A stretch of 41,550 nt of DNA from Limisphaerales bacterium (GCA_044225505.1 JBGAIN010000061.1:1-41550); one strand, 5' to 3'. Shown: positions 27,897-38,216, numbered from the stretch's first letter. The notes: generated by a model not told the origin, from the sequence alone. Translations and numbers: made by a program.

Positions 27897-29309
27897 ATGC
27901 ATTCCGACGCTTTCATGCGGGTGGGACTGGAACTGATCCTGGTGGTCGTCCTAGTGTTGATCAATGGCTTCTTCGTCGCGGCGGAGTTTGCCCTCGTCAA
28001 GATTCGCGACACTCAACTGACCCCGTTGATTGCCAAAGGCCACCGCCGCGCCCGGATCGCCCACCGGGTCATCCGCAACCTGGATTCGTCCTTGAGCGCT
28101 TGCCAACTTGGGATCACGCTCGCGAGCATTGGGCTGGGCTGGATTGGAGAACCGGTCTTTCGCGTCTTGCTGGATCCCGTGATGCACGCGTTGGGGATCG
28201 GTTCGCCCGGAGTGCAGAAGACGATCGCGGCCGTTGTCGGGATGGGAGTCATCACGTTTCTGCACATCACTGCAGGCGAACAAGCGCCGAAATGGTTGGC
28301 GATTCAAAAGCCGCTGCCGACGTCGTTGTGGGTCGTCCAGCCACTCGCGTGGTTTCATCGAGCGTCCTATCCCTTCATTTGGCTGCTCAATCGCGCGTCG
28401 CTCAGCTTGCTGCGTATCTTTGGCATTCACCCCAAAGACGGGGGTGAACATGGCCATTCTGAAGAAGAACTTCGGTTACTGCTGGCAACCTCCGAATCGC
28501 AAGCCGGATCGAGCCCTCTCGGTCGCGACATCGTTCTCAACGCCCTTGACTTGCGCCATCGCATCGCCCGCGACGTCATGAGGCCACGTCAGGAAATCAC
28601 TGCCCTGGACACCGAAGCTAGCTTAACCGAGTGCCTGGACCTTGCCGAGAAGAGCCGTTACTCCCGCTTCCCGCTCTGTGAGGGGGGTGACTTGGACAAG
28701 ACTCTGGGTGTGGTTCATTATAAAGACCTTTTCGCAATGCGCTTAAAAGTGCGGCGCGGCGCCGATTTGGCCCCCGTGGCTTGGAAACTGATTTACGTTC
28801 CTGAAACCGCGCGCTTGCAGAAGCTCCTGCAGTTGTTCCTCGAAAGGAAACTGCACATGGCCATCGTCGTGGACGAATACGGAGGAACGGTTGGGCTGGT
28901 GACGCTGGAAAACATTCTGGAAGAACTGGTTGGCCAGATCCAGGACGAGTTTGACCAGGAAAAACCTCTCTTGCTAAAGCAGGGCGAGCAAACATGGGAA
29001 GTCGCTGGAGCCCTGCCGCTTCACGAACTCGCGGAATTGGTGAATGAGCCCCTCTCCGCAGAAGGGATCACCACCGTGAATGGCTGGGTCACCCAACACA
29101 TGGGCGGTTTTCCAAAAATGNNNNNNNNNNNNNNNNNNNNNNNNNNNNNNNNNNNNNNNNNNNNNNNAAAAATGGGAGACGTCATTCCCGTGGGCGATTT
29201 CCAATTGCAGGTGGAAGAAATGGATGGCATTCGCGTGGCGCGCTTGCGTTTGACGCGGGTCAAACCAGCTGTAGACCCCAATGCCACGCAGACAGATAAG
29301 GCTGGCTGA
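27897..29309 (+). CDS. CNNM/CorB (hemolysin-family) CBS-pair protein, paralog 3
   Basis: NGFFVAAEFALVK, QLGIT..GWIGEP, GEQAPK, SRFP, VDEYGGTVGLVTLENILEELVG.IQDEFD; contains an N gap. Confidence 0.95.
   Translation: MHSDAFMRVGLELILVVVLVLINGFFVAAEFALVKIRDTQLTPLIAKGHRRARIAHRVIRNLDSSLSACQLGITLASIGLGWIGEPVFRVLLDPVMHALGIGSPGVQKTIAAVVGMGVITFLHITAGEQAPKWLAIQKPLPTSLWVVQPLAWFHRASYPFIWLLNRASLSLLRIFGIHPKDGGEHGHSEEELRLLLATSESQAGSSPLGRDIVLNALDLRHRIARDVMRPRQEITALDTEASLTECLDLAEKSRYSRFPLCEGGDLDKTLGVVHYKDLFAMRLKVRRGADLAPVAWKLIYVPETARLQKLLQLFLERKLHMAIVVDEYGGTVGLVTLENILEELVGQIQDEFDQEKPLLLKQGEQTWEVAGALPLHELAELVNEPLSAEGITTVNGWVTQHMGGFPKMXXXXXXXXXXXXXXXXKMGDVIPVGDFQLQVEEMDGIRVARLRLTRVKPAVDPNATQTDKAG
29121..29167. 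other. Assembly gap (47 N) with duplicated 7-bp flanks
   Basis: AAAAATG occurs at both 29114-29120 and 29168-29174; merging the copies gives GGFPKMGDVI. Confidence 0.95.
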
Positions 29310-29423
29310 GACATCGCCAACGCGCCATTAGCGGCAAATCCTGCCTGGTTTGTGTCGTTGAATCGTTCCGCCCCGTAAAAAGTCCGTTGAAAAGTTCCAG
29401 CGCCCGAACTAATTTGAACCGCG

Positions 29424-30329
29424 ATGCTTGGTGATCGTGCTTACATGCGGAGCCCATCCTTTGGTTCTCAAAGGTCCGCAACCGTTACCCTCGTTATTCT
29501 CAATGTCGCGATCTACGTGGTTCAATGGGTGCTTCGCTATTGGGGTCCTGCAGTTTACGACTCGATCTTTCCTTACTTAGCGTTGAGCCAATCGGGGCTT
29601 GCGCACGGTTATGTGTGGCAACTGGTCACCTACCAGTTCATGCATGGTGGCCCCCTTCATCTGCTGGTCAACATGCTCCTGGTCTTTTTCTTCGGACGGG
29701 CGATTGAAGATGCGTTAGGGAGTAAAGGACTACTTCGGGTCTATCTTTTGAGTGGCGTGGTAGGCGGGCTCGTTCAGATTCTTTATCAGGTTGCCATGGT
29801 GCGGATCGCGCCGGGGTTTCACGCCGGCAGCGTTGTTGGCGCTTCGGCTAGCGGTTTAGGTTTGCTTGCGGCCTACGCCGCGCTGTTTCCGCATCGGGAA
29901 ATCACTCTGCTACTCTTCTTCTTTCTCCCGGTTTCCCTGAGCGCCCGGACGCTCTTGCTCATCAGCTTCGGACTGGCCGTGTTCGGCATGATCGTTCCCA
30001 TGGGCAATGTCGCTGAGGCCGCCCATTTGGGAGGTCTCCTTACGGGACTCGCTTATATCCATTGGATCGTTCAAGGAACAGGTTGGCCGTCATTCTCACG
30101 CTTCCGGCCAGCAGCTCGTCCCAAAGTCCTGGTGACCGCTCCCTTTCCCAAAAAGAACTTTTGGCAGCGTGCCAAACCCACGGAATCCGAAGACCTACCC
30201 CCAGCCGAATTCATCAGTCGCGAAGTTGATCCGATCCTCGATAAGATCTCCGCATACGGGATACAAAGTCTGAACGACAGTGAGCGCCGCATACTCGAAG
30301 CCGCCCGCGCAAAGATGGCAAAACGCTGA
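29424..30329 (+). CDS. Rhomboid family intramembrane serine protease with C-terminal VDPILDKIS..G..SL domain (DUF6576-like)
   Basis: WQLVTYQFMH..HLLVNM, GASAS (catalytic Ser), AHLGG (catalytic His). Confidence 0.93.
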   Translation: MLGDRAYMRSPSFGSQRSATVTLVILNVAIYVVQWVLRYWGPAVYDSIFPYLALSQSGLAHGYVWQLVTYQFMHGGPLHLLVNMLLVFFFGRAIEDALGSKGLLRVYLLSGVVGGLVQILYQVAMVRIAPGFHAGSVVGASASGLGLLAAYAALFPHREITLLLFFFLPVSLSARTLLLISFGLAVFGMIVPMGNVAEAAHLGGLLTGLAYIHWIVQGTGWPSFSRFRPAARPKVLVTAPFPKKNFWQRAKPTESEDLPPAEFISREVDPILDKISAYGIQSLNDSERRILEAARAKMAKR

Positions 30330-30482
30330 ACCTCAAGCTGGAGGGTTCCTGCCCCGCTGTTCATCCGAATTGGCCAACAACCGAATTGGCCATTGCCACG
30401 CCACCACCATGACTGCAAGCGGACCTGTCGGACGTTTGTTCTGAACCGTCCGACCCGAATTTCATCAGCCCGCCTTCGAATA

Positions 30483-31385
30483 CTACTTCTGGTAGATCGG
30501 ACCGCAGAAGATTTCGTTCGGGATTGGAGCTTTATTAATCAGTTGCCAGGAGAGGTTCCATTTGACGTTTTCGGCACTCCCTCCGAACTTCCCGACGACC
30601 GCTCCGCCCGGGAGGCTGGTTGTGGTACTCTGACCGTTCGGATTGTTGATATTCCACCAAGCCGCCACTCCCGCGTGACGAATGGAAACTCCATTGCCCG
30701 TATTGCCTGGAGGCGGGACATTCGAGGCGTCGTTAAAATTCAGGGCGTCCAACTCATTCTGCTCCCACATCTGCCAGTCCGTCCCGTTGAAATCACTGGT
30801 CTTGTAAGTTTTGCCATCGGGGTTCAATGGGGCTTTTCCAATATTATTATACCCACCAATGGTTCCGTTCCAGCAATAGGAGGTAAGCTTCAACGGTCTC
30901 GCAAGCCAAAGCTGTCGCAACTTGCCTCCGCCTCGCGTCGCCACATCCTTTGGGCACCAACAAATTTTGTAGTCGCCCAGGAACGGTCCCAGCTGACTGA
31001 TTTTGAAAAAGGCGACTTGATTGCTGAATTGTAGTGAGTTGACATCCTTGCCTGCGGCGGAACCAGGCGCGGCGGGTCCATTAGGAATGCGGCCGTTGTT
31101 CTTCGTCGCGTAAACCCATCCGTCCGGTCCGGACAGGTCGCCCCCCCAAGTTGGGTGCGGCAGCCGATCATCGTTGTCGGTCGCATAAAGCTGGCTTGCC
31201 AGAAGGATTTGTTTGACGTTGTTCAAATCCAACGTCAGTTGCGCGCGATCTTTGGCGCGACCCAGTGCGGGAAGCAACATGCCCGCCAAGATTGCGATAA
31301 TCGCAATTACCACCAGCAATTCGATCAGAGTAAAAGCCGCTTGTTTGGTTGACCGGCCCGAGAAGAATGCGCGGGTTCTAATCAT
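30483..31385 (-). CDS. Prepilin-type N-terminal cleavage/methylation domain protein (PVC-expanded family)
   Basis: [45 protein letters not shown]. Confidence 0.9.
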   Translation of the reverse strand: MIRTRAFFSGRSTKQAAFTLIELLVVIAIIAILAGMLLPALGRAKDRAQLTLDLNNVKQILLASQLYATDNDDRLPHPTWGGDLSGPDGWVYATKNNGRIPNGPAAPGSAAGKDVNSLQFSNQVAFFKISQLGPFLGDYKICWCPKDVATRGGGKLRQLWLARPLKLTSYCWNGTIGGYNNIGKAPLNPDGKTYKTSDFNGTDWQMWEQNELDALNFNDASNVPPPGNTGNGVSIRHAGVAAWWNINNPNGQSTTTSLPGGAVVGKFGGSAENVKWNLSWQLINKAPIPNEIFCGPIYQK

Positions 31386-31614
31386 AGCTTTTCGTTGTCG
31401 CCGGGCGCTGGGAACTCGTCAGTAGAGCTGGCGCGTTAGGCGCAGACGCCCTCAGTTGCAAAAGGGATAACGCAATCGTTCCTGAAACAGAAGCTTAATC
31501 GTCGCTCACGCGTAAGCCGGCCCACTTTTCTTGCTGCCCCGTCTCGCACCAAGCCACCCAAAACCTATCTTCTGACTTGAGCTTCAAGAAGATTCTGAAA
31601 ACGTCTTCCATAGC

Positions 31615-34320
31615 ATGCGCACTCTTTTCCCTATCACTCGCGTCCTGCGTCGGGTCGCCTGGGTTATGGCCGCCGCTTGGCTGGCCATCTCCCCAGGGCG
31701 GAATGAGGCGGCCGACAATCGAGAGCTCGCTGGCCAACGCGGGACTCGCTACTCCACCACTCCGGTCAGTCAGCTGCTCACGCCGCGAGGCCTTCAAGTG
31801 GAACTGCCCGGGTTTCGGCCCCAGGCGCTCGCGCTCTCGCCCAACGGCCGCTTGCTAGTGACTTCCGGAAAAAGCAGCCATTTGATGGTCGTCAACCCGG
31901 ATTCTGGTGAGATCCTTCAGAAGGTCGAATTACCCAGCGAAACGATCAACGAGCCCATGCCAGCTCCCCCTTCCGCGAATATTCTAAAGCCCGATACTTC
32001 GGGCCAGCTCAGTTTTACCGGATTGACCTTTACTCCGGACGGATCCCGGATCTACCTCGCCAACGTCAACGGCAGTATCAAAGTATTCAACGTCGACGAC
32101 GATCGTGTCACTCCCTCGCACTCGATCCCGCTCCCCAAAGCCAACGCGCCCCGGCGGAAGGAAGAGATCCCCACTGGATTGGCCGTTTCGCCCGACGGCA
32201 AGACCCTCTACGTCTGCGGTAACCTGTCGAACCAACTGCTCGAAATCGACCTGGCATCCGGGAAAGTGCAGCGTGCGTTTCCGGTTGGAGTTGCGCCTTT
32301 CGGCGTCGTTCTGATCGGGACAAAAGCGTATGTGAGCAACTGGGGGGGGCGGCGCCCTCAACCCGGTGACCTCACGGGGCCGGCCGGTCGAGGGACTGAA
32401 GTCAAAGTTGACCCGATTCGCAATATTGCCAGCGAAGGTTCCGTCACCGTCATCGACCTTCCCCTTGGGCGAGTCTCGAACGAAATCCTGGTGCACCTCC
32501 ACTCTTCAGCCTTGGCCGTCTCGCCAAACCAGAAGTATCTGGCGGTCGCTAATGCAGGCAGCGACAATGTCAGCGTGATCGACACGCAAACGGACGCCGT
32601 GGTGGAAACGATCTGGACGAAACCAAACCCGGCCGAGCTCTTCGGCGCCTCCCCGAACGCGCTGGCGTTCGATAACACCGGATCCACTCTTTATGTGGCC
32701 AACGGCACCCAGAACGCCGTCGCCGTGGTGCGGTTTCAGCCGGCCAACCGCCAGTCCGAGCTGCTCGGCTTGTTTCCCGTCGGATGGTTCCCCGGCGCGC
32801 TGGTCTTTGACGCCCCGCGGAAACGCCTTCACGTGGGTAATATCAAAGGTTTGCCGATGGAAAAGCTGCGCAACAAAGACAATGGCAACGAAGGCTTCAA
32901 CACTCATCAGTATCATGGGTCCCTTTCCCTCGTTCCGCTCCCCGCCAAACGCGAACTTCGCCAGTTGTCCGCGGTCGTTTACGAAAACTATCGCCGTGAA
33001 CAAGTGCGCGCCGCCCTGCTCCGACCCCGACCGAATCAGCCTGCCCGGCCGGTGCCCGAGCGAATTGGAGAACCCAGTTTGATCAAGCATGTCGTTTACG
33101 TCATCAAAGAGAATCGGACCTTCGATCAAGTCCTCGGCGACGTCAAAGAGGGCAATGGCGATGCGAAGCTCTGTATTTTCGGGGAAAAGGTCACGCCCAA
33201 CCAACACAAGATGGTGCGAGACTTCGTCCTGCTCGATAATACCTACTGCGCGGGAATCCTCAGTGCCGACGGTCATCAATGGAGCACCACGGGCTTTGGC
33301 ACGGACTATCTGGAACGTTCCTTCGCGGGCTGGCCCCGCAGTTACCCAGACGGCATGGGTGAAGATGAGGAAGATGCCCTGGCCTACGCCCCGAGCGGCT
33401 TCATTTGGGATAACGCCATTCGTCACCGGGTCAGGCTCTGGAATTTTGGTGAATTCGCTGCCCCGGTTTGCGGCTGGTCCAATCGCCAACGGAAAGGGTC
33501 CCCCGCTTGGAAGGATTTCTGGGCAGAATTCCAGCATGGTCAGGGCGAAGTGCATATCACCAGCCGGCCGAGCGTCGAGAGCATGCGTCCATTCACACCG
33601 ACCAATTACGTCGGGTGGATCATGGATGTTCCGGACGTCTGGCGCGCTCGCTACATCACGAACCAACTCGCTCAGTGGGAACGCGAAGGCTCAATGCCTC
33701 AGTTGATCCTGATCTGCCTCCCCAACGACCACACCAGCGGGACGAGCGCTGGGTCGCCCATCCCTGAAGCATGCGTCGCCGACAATGACTTGGCCTTCGG
33801 ACAGATCGTGCAAGCGTTCAGTCATTCGCGTTTCTGGAAGGACCTGGCCATCTTCGCCATTGAAGACGATCCGCAGGCCGGTTGGGACCACGTCAGCGGC
33901 TATCGCACTACCGCATACGTGATCAGCCCGTATGCTAAACGTCGCGAGACAGTCAGCACGCAATACAGCACGGTCAGTATTCTCCGCACGGCGGAGCAAA
34001 TCCTCGGCATGGCTCCAATGAACCAATTCGACGCGGCGGCAACCCCCATGTCCGACTGTTTCACAGACCATCCGGATTTCACCCCCTTCACCGCAGTCGC
34101 TAACAACATTCCCTTGGATCAAATGAATCCAGATCCCAAGGCCATTTCTGACTCGTTGCTGCGAAAGAACGCTTATGCCTCGGCCCGGCTTAACTTCAAG
34201 AAAGTCGATGCCTGCCCGGAAGATGTGCTCAATCGGGTGCTCTGGCACGCAGTGAAAGGCAGCGCGGCGCCCTACCCGACTTGGGCGATCTCCATGGTCG
34301 ACGACGACGACGATGATTGA
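31615..34320 (+). CDS. Secreted YncE/YVTN beta-propeller + phosphoesterase/alkaline-phosphatase-like protein
   Basis: Signal peptide, repeated SPDG..LYV.N blades, HVVYVIKENRTFDQVLGD, SADGH, LPNDHT, EDDPQAGWDHV; ends in DDDDDD. Confidence 0.9.
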   Translation: MRTLFPITRVLRRVAWVMAAAWLAISPGRNEAADNRELAGQRGTRYSTTPVSQLLTPRGLQVELPGFRPQALALSPNGRLLVTSGKSSHLMVVNPDSGEILQKVELPSETINEPMPAPPSANILKPDTSGQLSFTGLTFTPDGSRIYLANVNGSIKVFNVDDDRVTPSHSIPLPKANAPRRKEEIPTGLAVSPDGKTLYVCGNLSNQLLEIDLASGKVQRAFPVGVAPFGVVLIGTKAYVSNWGGRRPQPGDLTGPAGRGTEVKVDPIRNIASEGSVTVIDLPLGRVSNEILVHLHSSALAVSPNQKYLAVANAGSDNVSVIDTQTDAVVETIWTKPNPAELFGASPNALAFDNTGSTLYVANGTQNAVAVVRFQPANRQSELLGLFPVGWFPGALVFDAPRKRLHVGNIKGLPMEKLRNKDNGNEGFNTHQYHGSLSLVPLPAKRELRQLSAVVYENYRREQVRAALLRPRPNQPARPVPERIGEPSLIKHVVYVIKENRTFDQVLGDVKEGNGDAKLCIFGEKVTPNQHKMVRDFVLLDNTYCAGILSADGHQWSTTGFGTDYLERSFAGWPRSYPDGMGEDEEDALAYAPSGFIWDNAIRHRVRLWNFGEFAAPVCGWSNRQRKGSPAWKDFWAEFQHGQGEVHITSRPSVESMRPFTPTNYVGWIMDVPDVWRARYITNQLAQWEREGSMPQLILICLPNDHTSGTSAGSPIPEACVADNDLAFGQIVQAFSHSRFWKDLAIFAIEDDPQAGWDHVSGYRTTAYVISPYAKRRETVSTQYSTVSILRTAEQILGMAPMNQFDAAATPMSDCFTDHPDFTPFTAVANNIPLDQMNPDPKAISDSLLRKNAYASARLNFKKVDACPEDVLNRVLWHAVKGSAAPYPTWAISMVDDDDDD

Positions 34321-34352
34321 CCTGCTTCTTCTGACCGCACCTCAGCTCAGTC

Positions 34353-35792
34353 TCAAAAACTCAAGAGCAGCTGCCAAATAAACGTATTGCCAAGTCCGTC
34401 AATGTTCTCCCACACCTGGCGGATCATCTCGGGATCACCTGCGATCAGCGGCAATTCCTTGGCTTTGTCTTCCCAGGGCACACACACTCCTGGCCGGACT
34501 CGCGACGTGGGACGCCCTGCCAGGCCCGGTAAACGTGATCGTTCCGCGGGCGATTGCCCAGCGTTGCACGGTGGATCTGCTGACAAGGCAGCGTGCCCAG
34601 TGGAATAGACCCCATACTCGCGCACAAACTCGGTCATGACCTTGAGGTTTTCGACAGAGGTATCGTCCTGCATGATGGCGCTGGCATCCAGAATGTACCC
34701 GCCATCCTTCGCCACGCCATCGATCACCTTGCGGCAGTGATCACGCACTTCATCGGGTTTACCGTAACTCAACAGGACGTTTGGAATCCCACCGCTCAGG
34801 CAGAATTTGTGCCCAAAAGTCTGGTGCGCCTTGAAGATATCGCCGCGATCGACGTGATACACGATGCTGCGCTCGGGCAACTCCGCAAAGCGGCTGTAAT
34901 GGTAATCCCAAACTCCTTCAGCGTAGAACAGGGTTTGGTGTCCGTGCTTCCAGAACTCTTCGATAATCGGGCGTAGCGTTGGCCAGTAATGAGACTCAAA
35001 TTGCTTCGGATTGATGAACGGGACGCAACCGCGATGCATCCAGAAACCGATCGGCACTTGTTTCTTCGGATCCGCCGTCGTCAATCCGACATGGCAAAGA
35101 TGGGGCATGAGCGCTTCGCATGCTTTCAAGACCTTGTCCGGCTGCGTATGCATGTCCATGGTCAAGCCGACATACCCACGCAATTTGTCCGCAATAATGT
35201 CGAAGGGCGCCTTGAAAATTCCGGCAATGGCCGACACCGTCCCGCACTCCGTTCGCAAGCGCTCGATCTGCGGGCCGAAAGCGTAGAAGTAGGAGAGCAT
35301 CGCCATGGCTGTTTTCACCAACGCCACGTTGCCCCGGTAGTTTGGCGCTTTCCCCGGCGCGCTCATTTCGGTCGAAATGCGCGGCAACCAAACGTTATAG
35401 AGAAACCCAGTCGGATCGTCGATCAGGGCGTCATACTCGTCCGCACGCATGAACGCCCCGTCCTCCGGCGGTTCGATATAATTAAATCCCACCGTGTGCG
35501 GCATGCCTATTCCAGGAATGCCATAGTAGCGCAGCCCCATCGCCTGGGCTAAGCCCGTCCAGACGTAAACCATGTTCGGCACGACCGCGTCCCAGTCGAA
35601 ATCCCGCGCGCACCGCACCGCCGCCTCAAAGGCCTTGGTGTAATCATGGGCCACTTGCTGACAAGTAAATCCTGCGTATTTGCCGGTAAACTCGGCCACA
35701 AATGGCCGGATTGGGATGCAGTCCGGCTTCTCGTTCCGCATCGCCGTGATGTAGCGAGCCAGACGTTGGTCATAGCGCGACTGGGTACTCAT
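34353..35792 (-). CDS. Uroporphyrinogen decarboxylase / MtaA-CmuA methyltransferase-family TIM barrel
   Basis: KPDCIP, APFD...D.LRG, FWMHRG, FESHYWP, CLSGGIP..LL..G.PDEV...C..VID..A.DGGYI; ATG 35792. Confidence 0.82.
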   Translation of the reverse strand: MSTQSRYDQRLARYITAMRNEKPDCIPIRPFVAEFTGKYAGFTCQQVAHDYTKAFEAAVRCARDFDWDAVVPNMVYVWTGLAQAMGLRYYGIPGIGMPHTVGFNYIEPPEDGAFMRADEYDALIDDPTGFLYNVWLPRISTEMSAPGKAPNYRGNVALVKTAMAMLSYFYAFGPQIERLRTECGTVSAIAGIFKAPFDIIADKLRGYVGLTMDMHTQPDKVLKACEALMPHLCHVGLTTADPKKQVPIGFWMHRGCVPFINPKQFESHYWPTLRPIIEEFWKHGHQTLFYAEGVWDYHYSRFAELPERSIVYHVDRGDIFKAHQTFGHKFCLSGGIPNVLLSYGKPDEVRDHCRKVIDGVAKDGGYILDASAIMQDDTSVENLKVMTEFVREYGVYSTGHAALSADPPCNAGQSPAERSRLPGLAGRPTSRVRPGVCVPWEDKAKELPLIAGDPEMIRQVWENIDGLGNTFIWQLLLSF

Positions 35793-35957
35793 CCCCAAAC
35801 CTTGCCTCAAGCCGCGTCGGAAGGACTTGCCCGCGGTCAAAGGATTCTGCTGCTCTGCCAGGCGGAAAGTGCTGGGATTTTCGCCGTCCAATCCGGGCGA
35901 TCTTTGATGGACGCGGCGGGTATAGGGAGCTCCGATTCCTGGACGAGCGAACGACCG

Positions 35958-38216
35958 TCAACGAAACGAGTCAGCCGGTCGCTGAACCGGCTCAACCAAT
36001 TGCTTCGCTTTCTTCACCAGGTTCACAAATTCGGCTCGGGAACCGTCTTTGTCAGGGCCCTTGCCCTGCTCTGCCAAGGAAATCACGCTGTTGAAAGTCG
36101 TGCTGCCCGCTTGGGACGAGTCTTGCAGCAACATGCCAAAGCTCGCCACCGCCGCCACGAACTGGGTGTCCGCTGACGCTTGGCTCAGTCTCTGTCCGTT
36201 GTCCAAGAACGGCCATTCCAACATTCGACTTTGATCGCCACTCGGTTGTTTGTAACGCAGCTTTACCGTCAGCAGTTCGCCACTCGCATCGGCCAGTGTT
36301 TTTACCGGCCGAGCAGGACGCTGGTACTTCAAGCCCGTCACGGGCGCCTCACTCTTCTCTCCTGCCGGAACGATCTCATAGAGCACTGTCACGGCGTGAC
36401 CCGCGCCCACTTCACCGGCGTCCTTGCTGTCATCCTCAAAGTCCTGAGCTCGGAGCCGGCGTTTTTCGTATCCAATCAAACGATAGGAGAGAACCTGGGC
36501 GGGGTTGAATTCGACTTGAATCTTAACGTCTTTGGCCACGGTCACGAGATTCGCTTGCAGCTGATCGCTGAGCACCTTTTGCGCTTCTTCAAAACTGTCG
36601 AGGTAATGATAGTTTCCGTTGCCCTTATCCGCCAGGCGCTGCATGAGCGCATCGTTGTAGTTGTCCATGCCAACTCCCAATGTCGTCAGGAAAACGCCCG
36701 TCTTGGCCTGACGTTGGACAAGCTCAATCAGGTGTGACGGCTCCGTCATGCCCACATTGAAATCGCCGTCCGTGCAAAGGATAACGCGGTTGACACCGCC
36801 CCGGATCAAATTCTCCGCCGCGATGCGGTAGGCCGTCTGAATCCCCTGGCCGCCGTTGGTCGACCCGTCCGCTTCCAGCCCGTCGATCGCTTCCAGGATC
36901 GCCGCTTTTTGTTCGCACGAGGTGGATGGCAAGACGACCCGCGACTGGCTGGCGTAGACGACGATGCTAATCCGATCACTTTCGTTCATTCGCTTGGCCA
37001 GGGCGCGCAGAGCTTGTTTGATGAGCGGCAGCCTATCCTCCGGCTGCATCGACCCTGATACATCGATGAGAAATACCAGATTGCAAGGCGGTCGCTTCTC
37101 GCCTCGGAGCGTCGAAGCCTGAAGCCCTATCCGCACCAGGCGATGTTCCGGAGCCCACGGACAATCGGCCGATTCCATCTGGATCGAGAACGGCTCCCCT
37201 CCCCGCGGCGGCGCATAATCGTAGGAAAAGTAATTCAACATCTCTTCGATCCGCACCGCGTCGGGCGGAGGACGCTGCCCCTGGTTCAAAAAGCGCCGCA
37301 CGTTCGCATACGATGCGGTATCGACATCCACGGAGAACGTGGATAACGGATGCTCCAGAACCGCGCGAAAGACGTTTTCTAGATACTTGGGATAGAGTGC
37401 AGTTCCAGGTCCCGGACTGACGGACGGATGGATGGCTGGACTCGGCGCGTATCGCCTCGCTCCCCCTGGCACGACCGGTCCCCGGATCGCGTCTTCCAAT
37501 CGCGAGGCCGCTGGTGCCGCGGATGCCATTTGGCGCGGAGCCAGGCCATATCGGGAATAAACTTCACCAGGCGCCGCCGATGGTGCTGGCGGGACAGTGG
37601 AGTTTGGCGAAGGCACGCGGCCAGTCGTCGGAGCGACCGGTCGCAGCCCGTAACGATCCATTAGACGCGGATCCATGCGATACACCGTTTCTGGAGCGCT
37701 GCCCTTCTCCGTCTCGGCCAGTACCTCTTCCAACGGTGCCACCACTGCTGGCATGGGTTGCGTCTCGTTCTTTGCGAGCAACCGGGGCGAGAGAGCGATA
37801 TTTGTCCGGGCGGCGGCCGCATTGGAGACCGCAGCCCTGGAATGCACCATGAGGTGCGAAGCGCTGTCGCCGGTATCCCTGGAGATCTGGATCCTTAGGC
37901 CGAGGGCGAGCAAGAGACAGGCAGCAGCAGCCAGACCTCCGGCCATGGCCACGCGCGCCCAGGAAAAGGGAACGACCTTGTCGACTGCCCCCTGCGCCGC
38001 CGTCTCGATCGCAGCCCGTTGCGCGGGCTCCAGGACCGGACCTTGCTCCTCGGCTAGCTCTTGGCTAAGCAAAGCGCCCGCGCGCAAAATCTCGTCCACG
38101 TCACGTTGCAACTCCGGGCGATCTTTCAGGGCCTCTTCAACAGCCTTGAATGTGGCTGCGTCCAGTTCCCCCAACGCGTAGGCCGTCAACATGGGATTGT
38201 CAGGCTCGATTCTCAT
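35958..38216 (-). CDS. Anti-sigma-like N-terminus + TM + YfbK-type von Willebrand factor A domain protein
   Basis: LTAYALGELD anti-sigma-like helix, a TM segment, PLSTFSVDVDTASY, intact MIDAS DVSGS, TDGDFNVG, YRLIGYE, DAGEVG. Confidence 0.9.
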   Translation of the reverse strand: MRIEPDNPMLTAYALGELDAATFKAVEEALKDRPELQRDVDEILRAGALLSQELAEEQGPVLEPAQRAAIETAAQGAVDKVVPFSWARVAMAGGLAAAACLLLALGLRIQISRDTGDSASHLMVHSRAAVSNAAAARTNIALSPRLLAKNETQPMPAVVAPLEEVLAETEKGSAPETVYRMDPRLMDRYGLRPVAPTTGRVPSPNSTVPPAPSAAPGEVYSRYGLAPRQMASAAPAASRLEDAIRGPVVPGGARRYAPSPAIHPSVSPGPGTALYPKYLENVFRAVLEHPLSTFSVDVDTASYANVRRFLNQGQRPPPDAVRIEEMLNYFSYDYAPPRGGEPFSIQMESADCPWAPEHRLVRIGLQASTLRGEKRPPCNLVFLIDVSGSMQPEDRLPLIKQALRALAKRMNESDRISIVVYASQSRVVLPSTSCEQKAAILEAIDGLEADGSTNGGQGIQTAYRIAAENLIRGGVNRVILCTDGDFNVGMTEPSHLIELVQRQAKTGVFLTTLGVGMDNYNDALMQRLADKGNGNYHYLDSFEEAQKVLSDQLQANLVTVAKDVKIQVEFNPAQVLSYRLIGYEKRRLRAQDFEDDSKDAGEVGAGHAVTVLYEIVPAGEKSEAPVTGLKYQRPARPVKTLADASGELLTVKLRYKQPSGDQSRMLEWPFLDNGQRLSQASADTQFVAAVASFGMLLQDSSQAGSTTFNSVISLAEQGKGPDKDGSRAEFVNLVKKAKQLVEPVQRPADSFR

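Noticed and set aside
29114..29174. Apparent 18-codon insertion in the third CNNM protein
   Set aside because: The N gap is flanked by a duplicated AAAAATG; collapsing it restores a normal GGFPKMGD CorC domain.
32506..33666. 386-aa minus-strand ORF (and similar long antisense ORFs such as 4668..5342, 7395..8024, 18664..19368)
   Set aside because: Shadow frames opposite well-supported genes, as expected from GC-rich codon bias.
34300..34317. (GAC)n trinucleotide run as a contingency repeat
   Set aside because: It is short and in frame, and simply encodes the acidic C-terminal tail of the phosphoesterase.
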